A DNA stretch of 64,000 nt from positions 69,998 to 133,997 of the forward strand of contig NZ_DAOKZG010000003.1 in assembly GCF_035325765.1 (NCBI RefSeq), given 5' to 3'. Below, piece by piece: positions 1 through 10,252 of the stretch. The DNA comes from Ottowia sp. (GTDB lineage: Bacteria; Pseudomonadota; Gammaproteobacteria; Burkholderiales; Burkholderiaceae_C). The notes beneath the pieces are model-generated. The model was not told the origin of the DNA. It searched no databases and worked only from the letters and a program-made list of their open reading frames with translations. Position 1 is the first letter of the stretch, and each line of letters starts with the position of its first letter. The translations under genes and the position numbers were made by a program.

Positions 1-30
1 GCCGGGCGCCTTTCCAATCGGCCATTTGGC

Positions 31-1524
31 CTATGCGGCCTTGGCCGACGGCAGCTTCGACACCAGGCGCAGCGACACCGTCAGGCCCTCGAGCTGGTAG
101 TGCGGCTTGAGGAAGAACTTGGAGGTGTAGTAGCCGGGGTTGCCCTCGACTTCCTCAACCACCACTTCCGCTGCCGCCAGCGGGCGCTTGGACTTGGTGA
201 TTTCCGACGAGTTCGCGGGGTCGCCGTCGACGTAGTTCATGATCCACTTGTTGAGCCAGCGCTCCATTTCCTCGCGGCCCTTGAAGCTGCCGATCTTGTC
301 GCGCACGATGCACTTGAGGTAGTGCGCGAAGCGGTTGCAGGCGAACAGGTAGGGCAGGCGCGCCGCCAGGTTGGCGTTGGCCGTGGCGTCGGGGTCGTCG
401 TATTCGAACGGCTTGTTCAGGGACTGCGCGCCGATGAAGGCGGCGAAGTCGCTGTTCTTGCGGTGGATCAGTGACAGCAGGCCGGCCTTGGACAGTTCGG
501 CCTCGCGCCGGTCGCTGATGGCGATCTCGGTCGGGCACTTCTGGTCGACGCCGCCGTCGTCGCTCGGGAAGGTGTGCAGCGGCAGGTTCTCCACCGCGCC
601 GCCCGACTCGATGCCGCGGATGCGTGAACCCCACCCGTAGAGCTTGTACGAGCGGTTGATGTTGGTCGCCATGGCGTAGGCGGCGTTGGCCCACGAATAC
701 TTGGAATGGTCGGCGCCTGCGGTGTCCTCCTCGAAATCGAACTCCTCCACCGGGTTGGTGTTGGCGCCATAGGGAGCGCGCGCCAGGAAGCGCGGCATGC
801 ACAGACCGATGTACTTGGCGTCGTCCGACTCGCGCAGACTGCGCCAGGCCGCGTATTCGGGCGTCAGGAAGATCTTGGTGAGGTCGCGCGGGTTGGCCAG
901 CTCCTGCCAGCTTTCCATCTGCATCAGCGTCGGGCTGGCGCCACTGATGAAGGGCGCGTGCGCCGAAGCGGCGATCTTCGCCATCTCGCCCAGCAGTTCG
1001 ACGTCGGCCGGTGTCTGGTCGAAGAAATAGTCGCCGACGATGGCGCCGTAGGGTTCGCCGCCGAACTGGCCGTATTCCTGCTCGTAGACCTTCTTGAAGA
1101 TCGGGCTCTGGTCCCAGGCCGTGCCCTTGAATTTCTTGAGCGTCTTGGCCAGATCCTTCTTGGAGATGTCCAGCACCCTGATCTTCAGGTTCTCGTCAGT
1201 CTCGGTGTTGTTGACCATGTAGCTCAGGCCGCGCCAGGCGCTTTCGAGCTGCTGGAAGTCGGGGTGGTGGATGATCTTGTTGACCTGCTCGGTGAGCTTG
1301 GCGTCGATCGCGGCGATCATCGCCATGATCGACTGCGTGACGTCCTTGCCGATCAGCTGGGTCTGCGCCAGCGCCTGCTGCGCCAGCGTCTGCACTGCCA
1401 CCTCGACGGCGCTGCGGGCCTCGTCGCTGCGTGGCTTGAATTCCTTCTGCAGCAGGGCCGCGAATTCGCTGCCGGCGTATTCGACGCCCTGCAGCGGGCT
1501 TTGCTCGGTCTGGGTCTGTGCCAT
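31..1524 (-). CDS. tssC: T6SS contractile sheath large subunit (TssC/VipB)
   Basis: 497 aa; typical motifs FQQLESAWRGL, EYGQFGGEPYG and C-terminal PHYQLEGLTVSLRLV; directly follows tssB. Confidence 0.97.
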   Translation of the reverse strand: MAQTQTEQSPLQGVEYAGSEFAALLQKEFKPRSDEARSAVEVAVQTLAQQALAQTQLIGKDVTQSIMAMIAAIDAKLTEQVNKIIHHPDFQQLESAWRGLSYMVNNTETDENLKIRVLDISKKDLAKTLKKFKGTAWDQSPIFKKVYEQEYGQFGGEPYGAIVGDYFFDQTPADVELLGEMAKIAASAHAPFISGASPTLMQMESWQELANPRDLTKIFLTPEYAAWRSLRESDDAKYIGLCMPRFLARAPYGANTNPVEEFDFEEDTAGADHSKYSWANAAYAMATNINRSYKLYGWGSRIRGIESGGAVENLPLHTFPSDDGGVDQKCPTEIAISDRREAELSKAGLLSLIHRKNSDFAAFIGAQSLNKPFEYDDPDATANANLAARLPYLFACNRFAHYLKCIVRDKIGSFKGREEMERWLNKWIMNYVDGDPANSSEITKSKRPLAAAEVVVEEVEGNPGYYTSKFFLKPHYQLEGLTVSLRLVSKLPSAKAA

Positions 1525-1567
1525 CGTGTCCTCCGGATGCGGGTGTGCGGGGGCGTGCCGGGGCCGG

Positions 1568-2101
1568 TCAGCCGGCCGACGCTTCGCCTTCGCCGGCGGC
1601 GGGCGTGTCGGCAGGCTTGGCGGTGGCGGCCAGCGACTGCAGCAGCGCCGGGTCGTCCAGCACCTTGGCCAGGAGTTCCTCGGCGCCGCCCTTGCCGTCC
1701 ATGTAGGTGACCAGGTTGGAGAGCTGGTTGCGCGCCTCCAGCAGCTTGCTGAGCGCGTCCACCTTGCGCGCCACGGCGGCGGGCGAGAAGTCGTCCATGC
1801 TCTCGAAGGTGAGCTCGACCTTCAGCTCGCCTTCGCCGGTCAGCGTGTTCTCGACCGAGAACGCGGTGCGCGGCTTCATCGCCTTCATGCGCGACTCGAA
1901 GTTGTCGACGTCGAACTCCAGGAACTTGCGCTCGCCCACCTGGGGCAGGGGGTTTTCCGGCTTGCCCGAGAGGTCGGCCATCACGCCCATGACAAAGGGC
2001 AGCTGAATCTTCTTCTCGGCGCCGTAGAGCTCGACGTCGTATTCGATCTGCACCCGTGGCGCGCGGTTGCGGGCGATGAATTTCTGGCTGCTTTGTGCCA
2101 T
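1568..2101 (-). CDS. tssB: T6SS contractile sheath small subunit (TssB/VipA)
   Basis: N-terminus SQKFIARNRAPRVQIEYDVE...LPFVMGVMADLSG is characteristic. Confidence 0.97.
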   Translation of the reverse strand: MAQSSQKFIARNRAPRVQIEYDVELYGAEKKIQLPFVMGVMADLSGKPENPLPQVGERKFLEFDVDNFESRMKAMKPRTAFSVENTLTGEGELKVELTFESMDDFSPAAVARKVDALSKLLEARNQLSNLVTYMDGKGGAEELLAKVLDDPALLQSLAATAKPADTPAAGEGEASAG

Positions 2102-2118
2102 GGTGCGACTCCTTCGCT

Positions 2119-3141
2119 TCAGGATTCGGGCCGGGGCCCGGTGATGACTTCGATGGTTTCCAGCGCGTTCGGGGCCAGGTTGGCCATGATGTCCAGGAAG
2201 CTGACGCCGATCAGCTGCTTGGCGCGCGCGATCAGCAGCGGCGCGGGGTTGCCCGGCTCGGACTGCTCCAGGTAATGGATGACGCGGTCGAGCGCCAGCA
2301 GCGCGTCCTGCCGCGTGCGGATCTCGCCCGGCACGGCGGCGCGCGCGCCGGCCGGCGCGACGGCGGCTTCCGGGGCGGCGCCGTCCGCGTCTTGCGGCGC
2401 GGCCTCGGTGGCGCCCGGTGCGGCCTGGGCCAACAGATGGGTGATGCCCTTCAGGCGCCCGAGATCCAGGCCCTCGCCGCGCGCGCTGTGCTCGGCCACC
2501 AGCTCGGACAGCCGATCCAGCATCCGCCCCAGGCCGCGCATGGCGTCGGCCGTCTCGGGGACGCTTGCGAGGATGTCGTCCAATCCGCCCTGGACGGCCG
2601 CCGCCGACAAGGGCGAGGCGTCGTCGGCCGGCGTCAGCAGGCCGCGCGCGATCGCCAGGTCGCGCACGCGGATCGGGCCGATGCCCGCGGCAATGCCGAG
2701 CCGTGCCTCGTACAGGTCGCGCACCAGGGCGCTGTCGTCGTTCAGCGCTGCCAGCGCGTTCAGGCGCATGGTCGGGTCGTTGTCGTCGTCGGCGTCGAGC
2801 TGCGGATGCACGCTGTCCCAGAATCGCTCCAGCAGGCCGGTGAGCAGCTCCAGCCCGAGGCGCGTCCCGGCCAGGCCTTGCATGCGCGTTGCCGCGCGCA
2901 GCAGCAGCACGGCCGGGCGCAGGTCCCTGCTGCGCTCGAGCAGGGCCTGGGCCTGGGCCGCCACGTCGGCCCAGTCGGGCTCGACCGCCGCGATGATGGT
3001 CTCGCCGAACTGCTGCTCGGGCTTGCCCTCGGCCGCGACGGCCAGCGCCAGGAAGGCCGGGTCGTACTCCAGGTCCGGGCCGCTCGGGGCGTCGCCCGCA
3101 ATCGGCTCGAGCAGGGTGCCAACGAGGTCGGGGGTCAGCAT
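2119..3141 (-). CDS. tssA: T6SS TssA (ImpA family)
   Basis: ImpA N-domain (LLEPIAGDAPSGPDLEYDP...PDW...SRDLR) and C-terminal IRTRQDALLALDRVIHYLEQSEPGNPAP motif; upstream of tssB. Confidence 0.9.
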   Translation of the reverse strand: MLTPDLVGTLLEPIAGDAPSGPDLEYDPAFLALAVAAEGKPEQQFGETIIAAVEPDWADVAAQAQALLERSRDLRPAVLLLRAATRMQGLAGTRLGLELLTGLLERFWDSVHPQLDADDDNDPTMRLNALAALNDDSALVRDLYEARLGIAAGIGPIRVRDLAIARGLLTPADDASPLSAAAVQGGLDDILASVPETADAMRGLGRMLDRLSELVAEHSARGEGLDLGRLKGITHLLAQAAPGATEAAPQDADGAAPEAAVAPAGARAAVPGEIRTRQDALLALDRVIHYLEQSEPGNPAPLLIARAKQLIGVSFLDIMANLAPNALETIEVITGPRPES

Positions 3142-3214
3142 GTTGCCATTTCGCTTTTCACCACCGGATAATCAAAGAGGGCCCGCGCAGGGTCAATGCC
3201 ACAAAGGAGATAGC

Positions 3215-3733
3215 GTGTTGCAAGCTGATACTGTCCATTTGTCCTATATGTCGCCGGCGCCGCGCCCGGACCTGCACCGGCGTGCCTGGCTGGCTGCGGG
3301 AGCTGCACTGGGACTGGGGCTGATGGCCGGCTGCGCATCCAAGCCCGTGACGACCCCGGTGACGCTGCAGTTCGTCGCCGCGCCCGATGTCAACCCCGAC
3401 GCGCGCGGACGCGCCTCGCCCGTGCTGGCGCGCGTCTACGCGTTGAAGGCGCCGGGCGCCTTCGACGCGGCCGACTTCTTTTCACTGCAGGACAAGGACA
3501 GCGTCACGCTCGGTGCGGACCTGGTGCAGCGCGAGGAGCTGATCATGCGCCCTGGCGAGCAGAAGAGCCTGCAGCTGGTGCTGCCAGCCGACGTCGCCGC
3601 GCTCGGCTTCATCGGCGCCTACCGCGACCTGAACCGCGCGCGCTGGCGCCAGGGCGTGCCGGTGACGCCTGGCGCGCCGCTGGCGCTGGTGATCACCTAC
3701 GGCGCGCAGGGCATCGACGTGACGCGACGCTGA
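3215..3733 (+). CDS. tssJ: T6SS outer-membrane lipoprotein TssJ (VasD/SciN)
   Basis: Lipobox-like MAGC, NPDARGRASPVLARVYAL, GFIGAYRDL...WR. Start uncertain: GTG 3215 (after AAGGAG) or ATG 3248; the listed ORF 2279-3733 is over-extended. Confidence 0.85.
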   Translation: MLQADTVHLSYMSPAPRPDLHRRAWLAAGAALGLGLMAGCASKPVTTPVTLQFVAAPDVNPDARGRASPVLARVYALKAPGAFDAADFFSLQDKDSVTLGADLVQREELIMRPGEQKSLQLVLPADVAALGFIGAYRDLNRARWRQGVPVTPGAPLALVITYGAQGIDVTRR

Positions 3734-3985
3734 GCAGCGGGCCGCCCCGGTCGGCCGCGTCGCGGTGGATGCGGCGCCCGGCCAGGAGCGTGGGCGGCAG
3801 CAGGTGCGCCGGCTGCAACGCGCGAGAAACCGGCCCATCGAGGTGCTGCCGACCGCACCCAGGGGGCCACCCTGGGCGTGTCTAGGCCGTTTGGACGACC
3901 GTGGCCAGCTTGCCCGCGCGTGGCTTCGCGTTTATCGTGATCGGCACGAGCCGCGCCTCTTGCGTGCCCTTGCCGCCGACCCGCC

Positions 3986-4663
3986 ATGAAGATCCTGATT
4001 GCCGACGACCACCGCCTCATCATCGACGCGGTTGCCGACAAGCTGAGCGAGCTCGGGCCGGACGTCGAGGTGGTGTCGGCGGTCGACGTGCCCGGCCTGC
4101 TGGAATGCGTGGGCGCGCCGCTCGACCTGGCGCTGATCGACCTCAGCATGCCCGGCGCCGACGGCCTCAGCCACGTGCAGGAGGTGCTGCGGCGCGCGCC
4201 CGGCCTGCCCGTGATCGTGCTGTCCGGCCACGAGGAGCCCGGCATCATGCGCGACGTGCTCGACTGCGGCGCGCGCGGCTTCATCCCCAAGGCCTATTCC
4301 CCCGCCGTCATGGTGTCGGCCGTGCGGCTGGTGCTGGCGGGCGGCGTCTACGTGCCGCCGATGCTGCTGGCCGGCGTTGGCGAGGCGCGGGCGGCCGTCC
4401 CCGAGGGCGCGCCGCCGCATTCCGAGCAGGAACTCGATTCGCTGCGCGACCTGCTCACCGAGCGCCAGATCGACGTGCTGCGCCTGCTCTCGCAGGGCCA
4501 GCCCAACAAGGTGATCGGGCGCAGCCTGGGCATCAGCGAAGGCACCGTCAAGATCCACCTGGCCGCCATCTTCCGCGCCCTCAATGCGCGCAATCGCACC
4601 GAGGCCGTGATGACTGCGCGCGCCCTGGTCGACGGTCAGGCCCGCCCCTCGCGTGCCGTCTGA
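3986..4663 (+). CDS. NarL/LuxR-family response regulator
   Basis: REC domain (ILIADDH, LIDLSMPG, GFIPK) plus LuxR HTH (LTERQIDVL...NKVIGRSLGISEGTVKIH). Confidence 0.95.
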   Translation: MKILIADDHRLIIDAVADKLSELGPDVEVVSAVDVPGLLECVGAPLDLALIDLSMPGADGLSHVQEVLRRAPGLPVIVLSGHEEPGIMRDVLDCGARGFIPKAYSPAVMVSAVRLVLAGGVYVPPMLLAGVGEARAAVPEGAPPHSEQELDSLRDLLTERQIDVLRLLSQGQPNKVIGRSLGISEGTVKIHLAAIFRALNARNRTEAVMTARALVDGQARPSRAV

Positions 4664-4824
4664 GGCGACGCTGAACAAGTCTCCGTGATGCGGCGCACCC
4701 TGCATGGGGATGGGATGCAAGGCGCGAAGCGCAGCAATAGCCGAAGCTATTGCGAGCATTTGCAACGCCGCAGACCGCCGCAGGCAGGGATGCGCAGCGC
4801 GCGAGGGACTTGTTCAGCGCTGCC
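4664..4824. mobile_element. 161-bp MITE-like element, family A, copy 1
   Basis: Terminal inverted repeats GGCGACGCTGAACAAGTC / GACTTGTTCAGCGCTGCC; near-identical copy at 33625-33785; flanks CTGA/CTAA; internal hairpin GCAATAGC-CGAA-GCTATTGC. Confidence 0.8.
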
Positions 4825-4963
4825 CTAAGGTGGCCACCCCGGCCGGCGCCGCAGGGTGGGGCGTCCGGCGCAGCGGGTAGTATTGCCATTTTCCGGCGTG
4901 CCTCCGGCGCGCGGGTTCCTGCTTTCCTCTCGCCATTCCAGGCCATTCAAAGGAGCACACTGC

Positions 4964-6328
4964 ATGAGCACCCCGACCAAGTACCTGCTGCAGGAAAGCC
5001 AGATGCCCAAGTTCTGGTACAACATTCAGGCCGACCTGCCCAAGCCGGTGCCGCCGGTGCTCCACCCCGGAACCAAGCAGCCGATCGGGCCGGACGACCT
5101 GGCGCCGCTGTTCCCGATGGCCGTGATCCAGCAGGAGGTCAGCACCGAGCGCGAGATCGAGATTCCCGAGCCGGTGCGCGAGGTGTTCCGCCTGTGGCGC
5201 CCGTCGCCGCTGTTCCGCGCCCATCGCCTGGAGCAGGCCCTGGGCACGCCGGCCAAGATCTTCTACAAGTACGAGGGCGTCAGCCCGGCCGGCAGCCACA
5301 AGCCCAACTCGGCCATTCCGCAGGCCTTCTACAACGCCCAGGAGGGCGTCAAGCGCCTGGCCACCGAGACCGGCGCCGGCCAGTGGGGCAGCTCGCTGGC
5401 CCTGGCCGGGCAGATGTTCGGCCTCGACGTCACCGTGTTCCAGGTGCGCGTCAGCTACGACCAGAAGCCGTATCGTCGTGCGCTGATGGAGACCTATGGC
5501 GCGCGCTGCATTCCCTCGCCCAGCAACGAGACGGAGTACGGTCGCGCCGTGCTGGCGCAGCGCCCGGACCACCCCGGGAGTCTCGGCATCGCCATCAGCG
5601 AGGCGGTCGAGGTCGCGGCCAAGCACGACGACACCAAGTACGCGCTCGGTTCGGTGCTGAACCACGTGCTGCTGCACCAGACCATCATCGGCCTGGAGGC
5701 GATGGAGCAGATGCACATGGCCGACTGCTGGCCCGACGTGCTGGTGGGCTGCACCGGCGGCGGCAGCAACTTCGCCGGCCTGGCCTTTCCCTTCGTCGGC
5801 CACGGCCTGCGCGGCGGCGCCCGCCCGCGCGTGCTGGCGGTGGAGCCGGCTGCCTGCCCGAGCCTGACGCGCGGCAAGTACGCCTACGACTTCGGCGACA
5901 CCGCGCACCTGACGCCGCTGACCAAGATGCACACCCTGGGCAGCACCTTCACCCCACCGGGCTTCCACGCCGGCGGCCTGCGCTACCACGGCATGGCGCC
6001 GCTGGTCAGCCACCTGAAGGAGCTCGGCCTGCTGGAAGCCGTGGCCTACACCCAGGGCGAGTGCTTTGCCGCCGGCGTGGCCTTCGCGCGCGCCGAGGGC
6101 ATCGTGCCCGCGCCCGAGGCCAACCACGCCGTCAAGGGTGCCATCGAGGAGGCCCTGCGCTGCAAGCGCGAGGGCAAGTCCGAGACCATCCTGTTCAACC
6201 TCAGCGGCCACGGCCACTTCGACATGAGCGCCTATCAGGCCTACTTTGCCGGCCAGCTCAGGGACGAGCATTACGACGAGAAGGAACTGGCGCAGGCGCT
6301 GTCGGGGCTGCCAGCGGTGTCGGCCTGA
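4964..6328 (+). CDS. trpB: TrpB2-type (stand-alone) tryptophan synthase beta subunit
   Basis: PLP lysine motif [31 protein letters not shown]; N-terminal MPKFWYNI typical of TrpB2; start at ATG 4964. Confidence 0.93.
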   Translation: MSTPTKYLLQESQMPKFWYNIQADLPKPVPPVLHPGTKQPIGPDDLAPLFPMAVIQQEVSTEREIEIPEPVREVFRLWRPSPLFRAHRLEQALGTPAKIFYKYEGVSPAGSHKPNSAIPQAFYNAQEGVKRLATETGAGQWGSSLALAGQMFGLDVTVFQVRVSYDQKPYRRALMETYGARCIPSPSNETEYGRAVLAQRPDHPGSLGIAISEAVEVAAKHDDTKYALGSVLNHVLLHQTIIGLEAMEQMHMADCWPDVLVGCTGGGSNFAGLAFPFVGHGLRGGARPRVLAVEPAACPSLTRGKYAYDFGDTAHLTPLTKMHTLGSTFTPPGFHAGGLRYHGMAPLVSHLKELGLLEAVAYTQGECFAAGVAFARAEGIVPAPEANHAVKGAIEEALRCKREGKSETILFNLSGHGHFDMSAYQAYFAGQLRDEHYDEKELAQALSGLPAVSA

Positions 6329-6332
6329 GGGG

Positions 6333-7238
6333 ATGATGGCGGCAGCGCCCGGCGTCCCGTCGCAGGCACGGCCTGCCGCCGATGGGGGGCCAACCACGGA
6401 CCCGGGCTTCGACGAAGAAGCCTGGCGTGCCGCGATCGGCCCCGGCAAGCAGGGCTATTACCTGCCGCGCTTTCGTCGGCAGGCTACCACCGGTCAGCGG
6501 TCCTGGTGGCACTGGCCGGCGTTCTTCGTCACCCTGTACTGGCTGCTGTATCGCAAGCAGTGGGGCCTGGCGGCGCTTTATTTCATCCTGCCCAACGCCG
6601 TCGCGATCGGCATCGGCATGGCGACGGGTGGCGAGGAGGGCACGCGGGCGAGCCTGCTCGGCCTGGTGTTCGTGCTGGCGCTGTATTTCGGGCCGCCTCT
6701 GCTGGCCAATTCGCTCTACTACGCGCGCTGTCGCTCATTGATCGAGCGCTGCCGTGCCGAGGCCGGTTCGCGCCAGGAATTCCTGGCACTGCTCCAGGCC
6801 CGGGGCGGCACCAGCCGGGTCGTGCTGGCCATCGTGGTGGTGCTGATGAGCCTGTTCATCGTCGGTGTGATCGCCGGCGTGGCGGTGCCGGCCTATCGGG
6901 ACTACCTCGATCGCGCGAAGACCGCCGAGGCCTACCTGGCCGGCATGTCGGTGGCCCGGCTCGCGGGCGAGCACTACGAGCGTACGGGCCGCATGCCGGA
7001 GCGTCTCGACGAGTTGCAGGGTGCGGCGCCGTCCAGCCCGGCCATCGAGCGCATGGACATCGATCCGGCCAGCGGCGAGATCGAGCTGCGAATCGCCCTG
7101 GGCGCGCCGGCGGGCAGTGGCACGCTCCGGCTCGTTCCAGACATCAGCGCGGCGGGCGAGGTGTCCTGGTCGTGTCGAGCGGGTCCGGGGATGCTGCGGA
7201 TCGCTCCCCGCGCGTGTCGCGATATCGAAACTGAGTGA
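6333..7238 (+). CDS. Membrane protein: DUF2628-like N-domain fused to a pilin-like C-domain
   Basis: WHWPAFF...WLLYRKQW motif; then GVIAGVAVPAYRDYLDRAKTAEA pilin-type helix and a terminal Cys pair (WSC...PRAC). Confidence 0.75.
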   Translation: MMAAAPGVPSQARPAADGGPTTDPGFDEEAWRAAIGPGKQGYYLPRFRRQATTGQRSWWHWPAFFVTLYWLLYRKQWGLAALYFILPNAVAIGIGMATGGEEGTRASLLGLVFVLALYFGPPLLANSLYYARCRSLIERCRAEAGSRQEFLALLQARGGTSRVVLAIVVVLMSLFIVGVIAGVAVPAYRDYLDRAKTAEAYLAGMSVARLAGEHYERTGRMPERLDELQGAAPSSPAIERMDIDPASGEIELRIALGAPAGSGTLRLVPDISAAGEVSWSCRAGPGMLRIAPRACRDIETE

Positions 7239-7313
7239 GTCGGTAGCTACGAGCATCCATCAGGTCTGCGGAAGGTGTGGCGGCGAGCCACCGCTTCCGC
7301 CTGACCCGGAACT

Positions 7314-9152
7314 TCAGCCGGCGGGCCGCACCCCCGCCGTCAGCTCCATCAGCGCCGCCTCGTCCAGCGTCTCCTTCACCAGCAGCTCCCGCGCCGCCTT
7401 GTCAAGCACCTCGCGGTGCTCGGCCAGGATGGCGGTGGCGCCTTCGAAGGCGTCCATGACGATGCCGCGCACGGCGGTGTCGATGTGCTGCTGGGTCTGG
7501 GGGCTGACGCTGGGGCCGGGGGCGGGGTAGCCGGGCACGTCGAGGAAGCGCGGGCGCTGGGTTTCGTAGGCGATGTAGCCGAGCTCCTCGTCCATGCCGT
7601 AGCGCGTGACCATGTCGCGCGCGATGTCGGTGGCCTTGGCCAGGTCGTCGGCGGCACCGGTCGAGAGGTGATCGAACACCAGCTTTTCCGAGGCGCGGCC
7701 GCCCAGCAGCACCATGATCTTGCGTTCCAGCTCGGTGCGCGTCATCAGGAACCGGTCCTCGGTCGGGCGCTGCAGGGTGTAGCCGAGCGCGCCGATGCCG
7801 CGCGGGATGATCGAGACCTTGTGCACCGGGTCGGTGCCCGGCAGGGCCAGCGCCACCAGGGCGTGGCCCATCTCGTGGTAGGCGACCACCTCGCGCTCGC
7901 GTTCGCTGAGCACGCGGTTCTTCTTTTCCAGGCCGGCGACGATGCGCTCGATGGCGACGGTGAAGTCCTGCAGCGTGACTTCCTGGGCGTCGCGGCGCGT
8001 GGCGGCCAGCGCGGCCTCGTTGCACAGGTTGGCCAGGTCCGCGCCCGAGAAGCCGGTGGTGAGCTGGGCCACCTGCTCCAGGTCGACGCCGGCGGCCAGG
8101 CGGATCTTCTTGATGTGGACCTTGAGAATCTGCACGCGCCCGGGCTTGTCGGGGCGATCCACCAGCACCTGGCGGTCGAAGCGGCCGGCGCGCAGCAGCG
8201 CCGGGTCGAGGATCTCGGGGCGGTTGGTGGCGGCCAGCAGCACCACCCCCGAGGAACTGTCGAAGCCGTCGAGCTCGACCAGCAGCTGCTGCAGTGTCTG
8301 CTCGCGCTCGTCGTGCCCGCCGATCATGCCGCTGGAGCCGCGCGCGCGGCCCAGGGCATCGAGCTCGTCGATGAAGATGATGGCCGGTGCCTTGGCGCGC
8401 GCCTGCTCGAACAGGTCGCGCACGCGCGCGGCGCCCACGCCGACGAACATCTCGACGAACTCGCTGCCGCTGATGCTGAAGAACGGCACGGCGGCCTCGC
8501 CGGCGACGGCCTTGGCCAGCAGGGTCTTGCCGGTGCCTGGTGGGCCTACCAGCAGCACGCCCTTGGGCATGCGCGCGCCCAGGCGGCCATACCCTTGCGG
8601 GTCCTTCAGGAAGGCGATGATCTCCTGCAACTCGGCCTTGGCCTCGTCGACGCCGGCGACGTCGGCGAAGGTGACGCCGGTGTTCTGCTCGACATAGACC
8701 TTGGCGCGGCTCTTGCCGATGCTCATGAAGCCGCCGATGCCGCCACCGGCGCGCTCGGCAAAGCGGCGGATCAGGAAGAACCACAGACCGAAGAAGATCA
8801 CCGCCGGCAGCACCCAGCTCATCAGGTCGCGCAGCCAGGTGCTCTCGATGGCGCGCGAGTACGGCACGTCGTACTTGTCCATCCACTCGGCGGTGGGGGC
8901 GTCGACGCGGTTGGCGACGATCATGGTCTTGCCGGCGTCGGGGTCCTTTAGCTTGCCGGTGATGGTGTTCTCGCCGATCACTACCTCCGAAACGCGCTTC
9001 TGGGCCAGCGCCTGCTCGAACTCGCTGAACGGCACCGGCTCGATCGTGCGCGCCTGCCAAACGGTCTGCAGCATCAGCAGGGCGAGCAGGGCGATCAGCC
9101 AGTAGCCGACGTTCCACTGCATCTTGGGGTCTGGTTTGCGCGGCGTGGGCAT
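7314..9152 (-). CDS. ftsH: ATP-dependent zinc metalloprotease FtsH (paralog)
   Basis: Two TM segments, Walker A GPPGTGKT, Walker B IIFIDE, SRH region, HEMGH Zn motif; start set at ATG 9152 (MPTPRKP). Confidence 0.93.
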   Translation of the reverse strand: MPTPRKPDPKMQWNVGYWLIALLALLMLQTVWQARTIEPVPFSEFEQALAQKRVSEVVIGENTITGKLKDPDAGKTMIVANRVDAPTAEWMDKYDVPYSRAIESTWLRDLMSWVLPAVIFFGLWFFLIRRFAERAGGGIGGFMSIGKSRAKVYVEQNTGVTFADVAGVDEAKAELQEIIAFLKDPQGYGRLGARMPKGVLLVGPPGTGKTLLAKAVAGEAAVPFFSISGSEFVEMFVGVGAARVRDLFEQARAKAPAIIFIDELDALGRARGSSGMIGGHDEREQTLQQLLVELDGFDSSSGVVLLAATNRPEILDPALLRAGRFDRQVLVDRPDKPGRVQILKVHIKKIRLAAGVDLEQVAQLTTGFSGADLANLCNEAALAATRRDAQEVTLQDFTVAIERIVAGLEKKNRVLSEREREVVAYHEMGHALVALALPGTDPVHKVSIIPRGIGALGYTLQRPTEDRFLMTRTELERKIMVLLGGRASEKLVFDHLSTGAADDLAKATDIARDMVTRYGMDEELGYIAYETQRPRFLDVPGYPAPGPSVSPQTQQHIDTAVRGIVMDAFEGATAILAEHREVLDKAARELLVKETLDEAALMELTAGVRPAG

Positions 9153-9350
9153 GGTGGGCTTCTTTCGCTCGGGTTCGGCGCGGCGTTGGCGGGCGTCGCG
9201 CGCATCAGGCGGGCGATGCGTTACCGTCTCGCCTGCACGATCCGAAAAGTGTAGGCGATCGACACCGCGGCGTCTCGTGGGCGCGGGCAGCGGACCGACC
9301 CGCGCGGTGGCCGAGGCCGCGCGCGGGCGCCGAGATGGAGAGATGTTGCG

Positions 9351-10166
9351 ATGTGTGAGCTGTATGCCATGTCCGCCAGCGCGCCGATGCGCGTGCGCTA
9401 CGACCTCGACCGTTTTGCGGCCGAAGGCGGCGAGCGGCACCAGAACCGCGATGGCTGGGGCATCGTGTTCTCGGACGGGCACGACGCGCACTGGTTTCGT
9501 GAGCCCGAGCCCGCCAGCAACAGCCCGCTGGATCGCTTCGTGCGCACGCACGCGGCGCCGCATCGGCTGGCACTGGCACATGTGCGACGCTCCTCGCAGG
9601 GCGTGCGCTCGCTCGCCAACACGCATCCGTTCCGGCGCGTGCGCCACGGCCGGGTCCAGCACTTCGCGCAGAACGGCACGCTGCACGGGCTGGAGCAATT
9701 GGCCGAGGCGGCGCCGCTGCTGGCCGAGCGCGTGGGTGAGACCGACAGCGAACTGGCCTTCCTGCTCCTGCTCGAGCGCCTGGAGCAGCAGGCGCCCGAA
9801 GGCTCGGATCGCCCCGCGCGCCAGCGCGTGTTCGCCGCGTTCTGCCGTGACATGGCGGCGCTCGGCCCGGCCAATTTCATCTGGCTCGACGGCGACACGC
9901 TGTTCGTGCACGCCGACCGCCGCCGCCACGAAACCGACCAGGGCCTGAGCGCGCCGCGCGCACCGGGCCTGCACATGCTGCGCTCCGAGGGCCACGCCCT
10001 GCGTGGGCGGCACGACTGCGCCGGCGCTGCGATCGAGAACTTGAGCGAGCACATCGTGCTGTTTGCCAGCGTGCCGCTCAGCCGCGGACCCTGGCAGCCG
10101 CTGCCGCAGGGCAGCGTGCTGGCGGTGGCGGACGGGCGGCTGCTGGAGCCATTCATCCTGGAATGA
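9351..10166 (+). CDS. Class II glutamine amidotransferase (YafJ-like)
   Basis: N-terminal MCEL (Ntn Cys2), DGWG, AHVR, NTHPF, FAQNG, GETDSE. Confidence 0.9.
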   Translation: MCELYAMSASAPMRVRYDLDRFAAEGGERHQNRDGWGIVFSDGHDAHWFREPEPASNSPLDRFVRTHAAPHRLALAHVRRSSQGVRSLANTHPFRRVRHGRVQHFAQNGTLHGLEQLAEAAPLLAERVGETDSELAFLLLLERLEQQAPEGSDRPARQRVFAAFCRDMAALGPANFIWLDGDTLFVHADRRRHETDQGLSAPRAPGLHMLRSEGHALRGRHDCAGAAIENLSEHIVLFASVPLSRGPWQPLPQGSVLAVADGRLLEPFILE

Positions 10167-10252
10167 CGATCGGCGATCAGCCTGCTGCGCGCAACCCGTT
10201 GACCCGTCATCGCGCGACGCCTCGGACGCCGCGTCAACCCCGTGCCGCGTGC

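Noticed and set aside
31-3733. Functional link between the T6SS and the tRNA-His island
   Set aside because: About 48 kb apart, no vgrG/PAAR/hcp or effector-immunity pair in the island.
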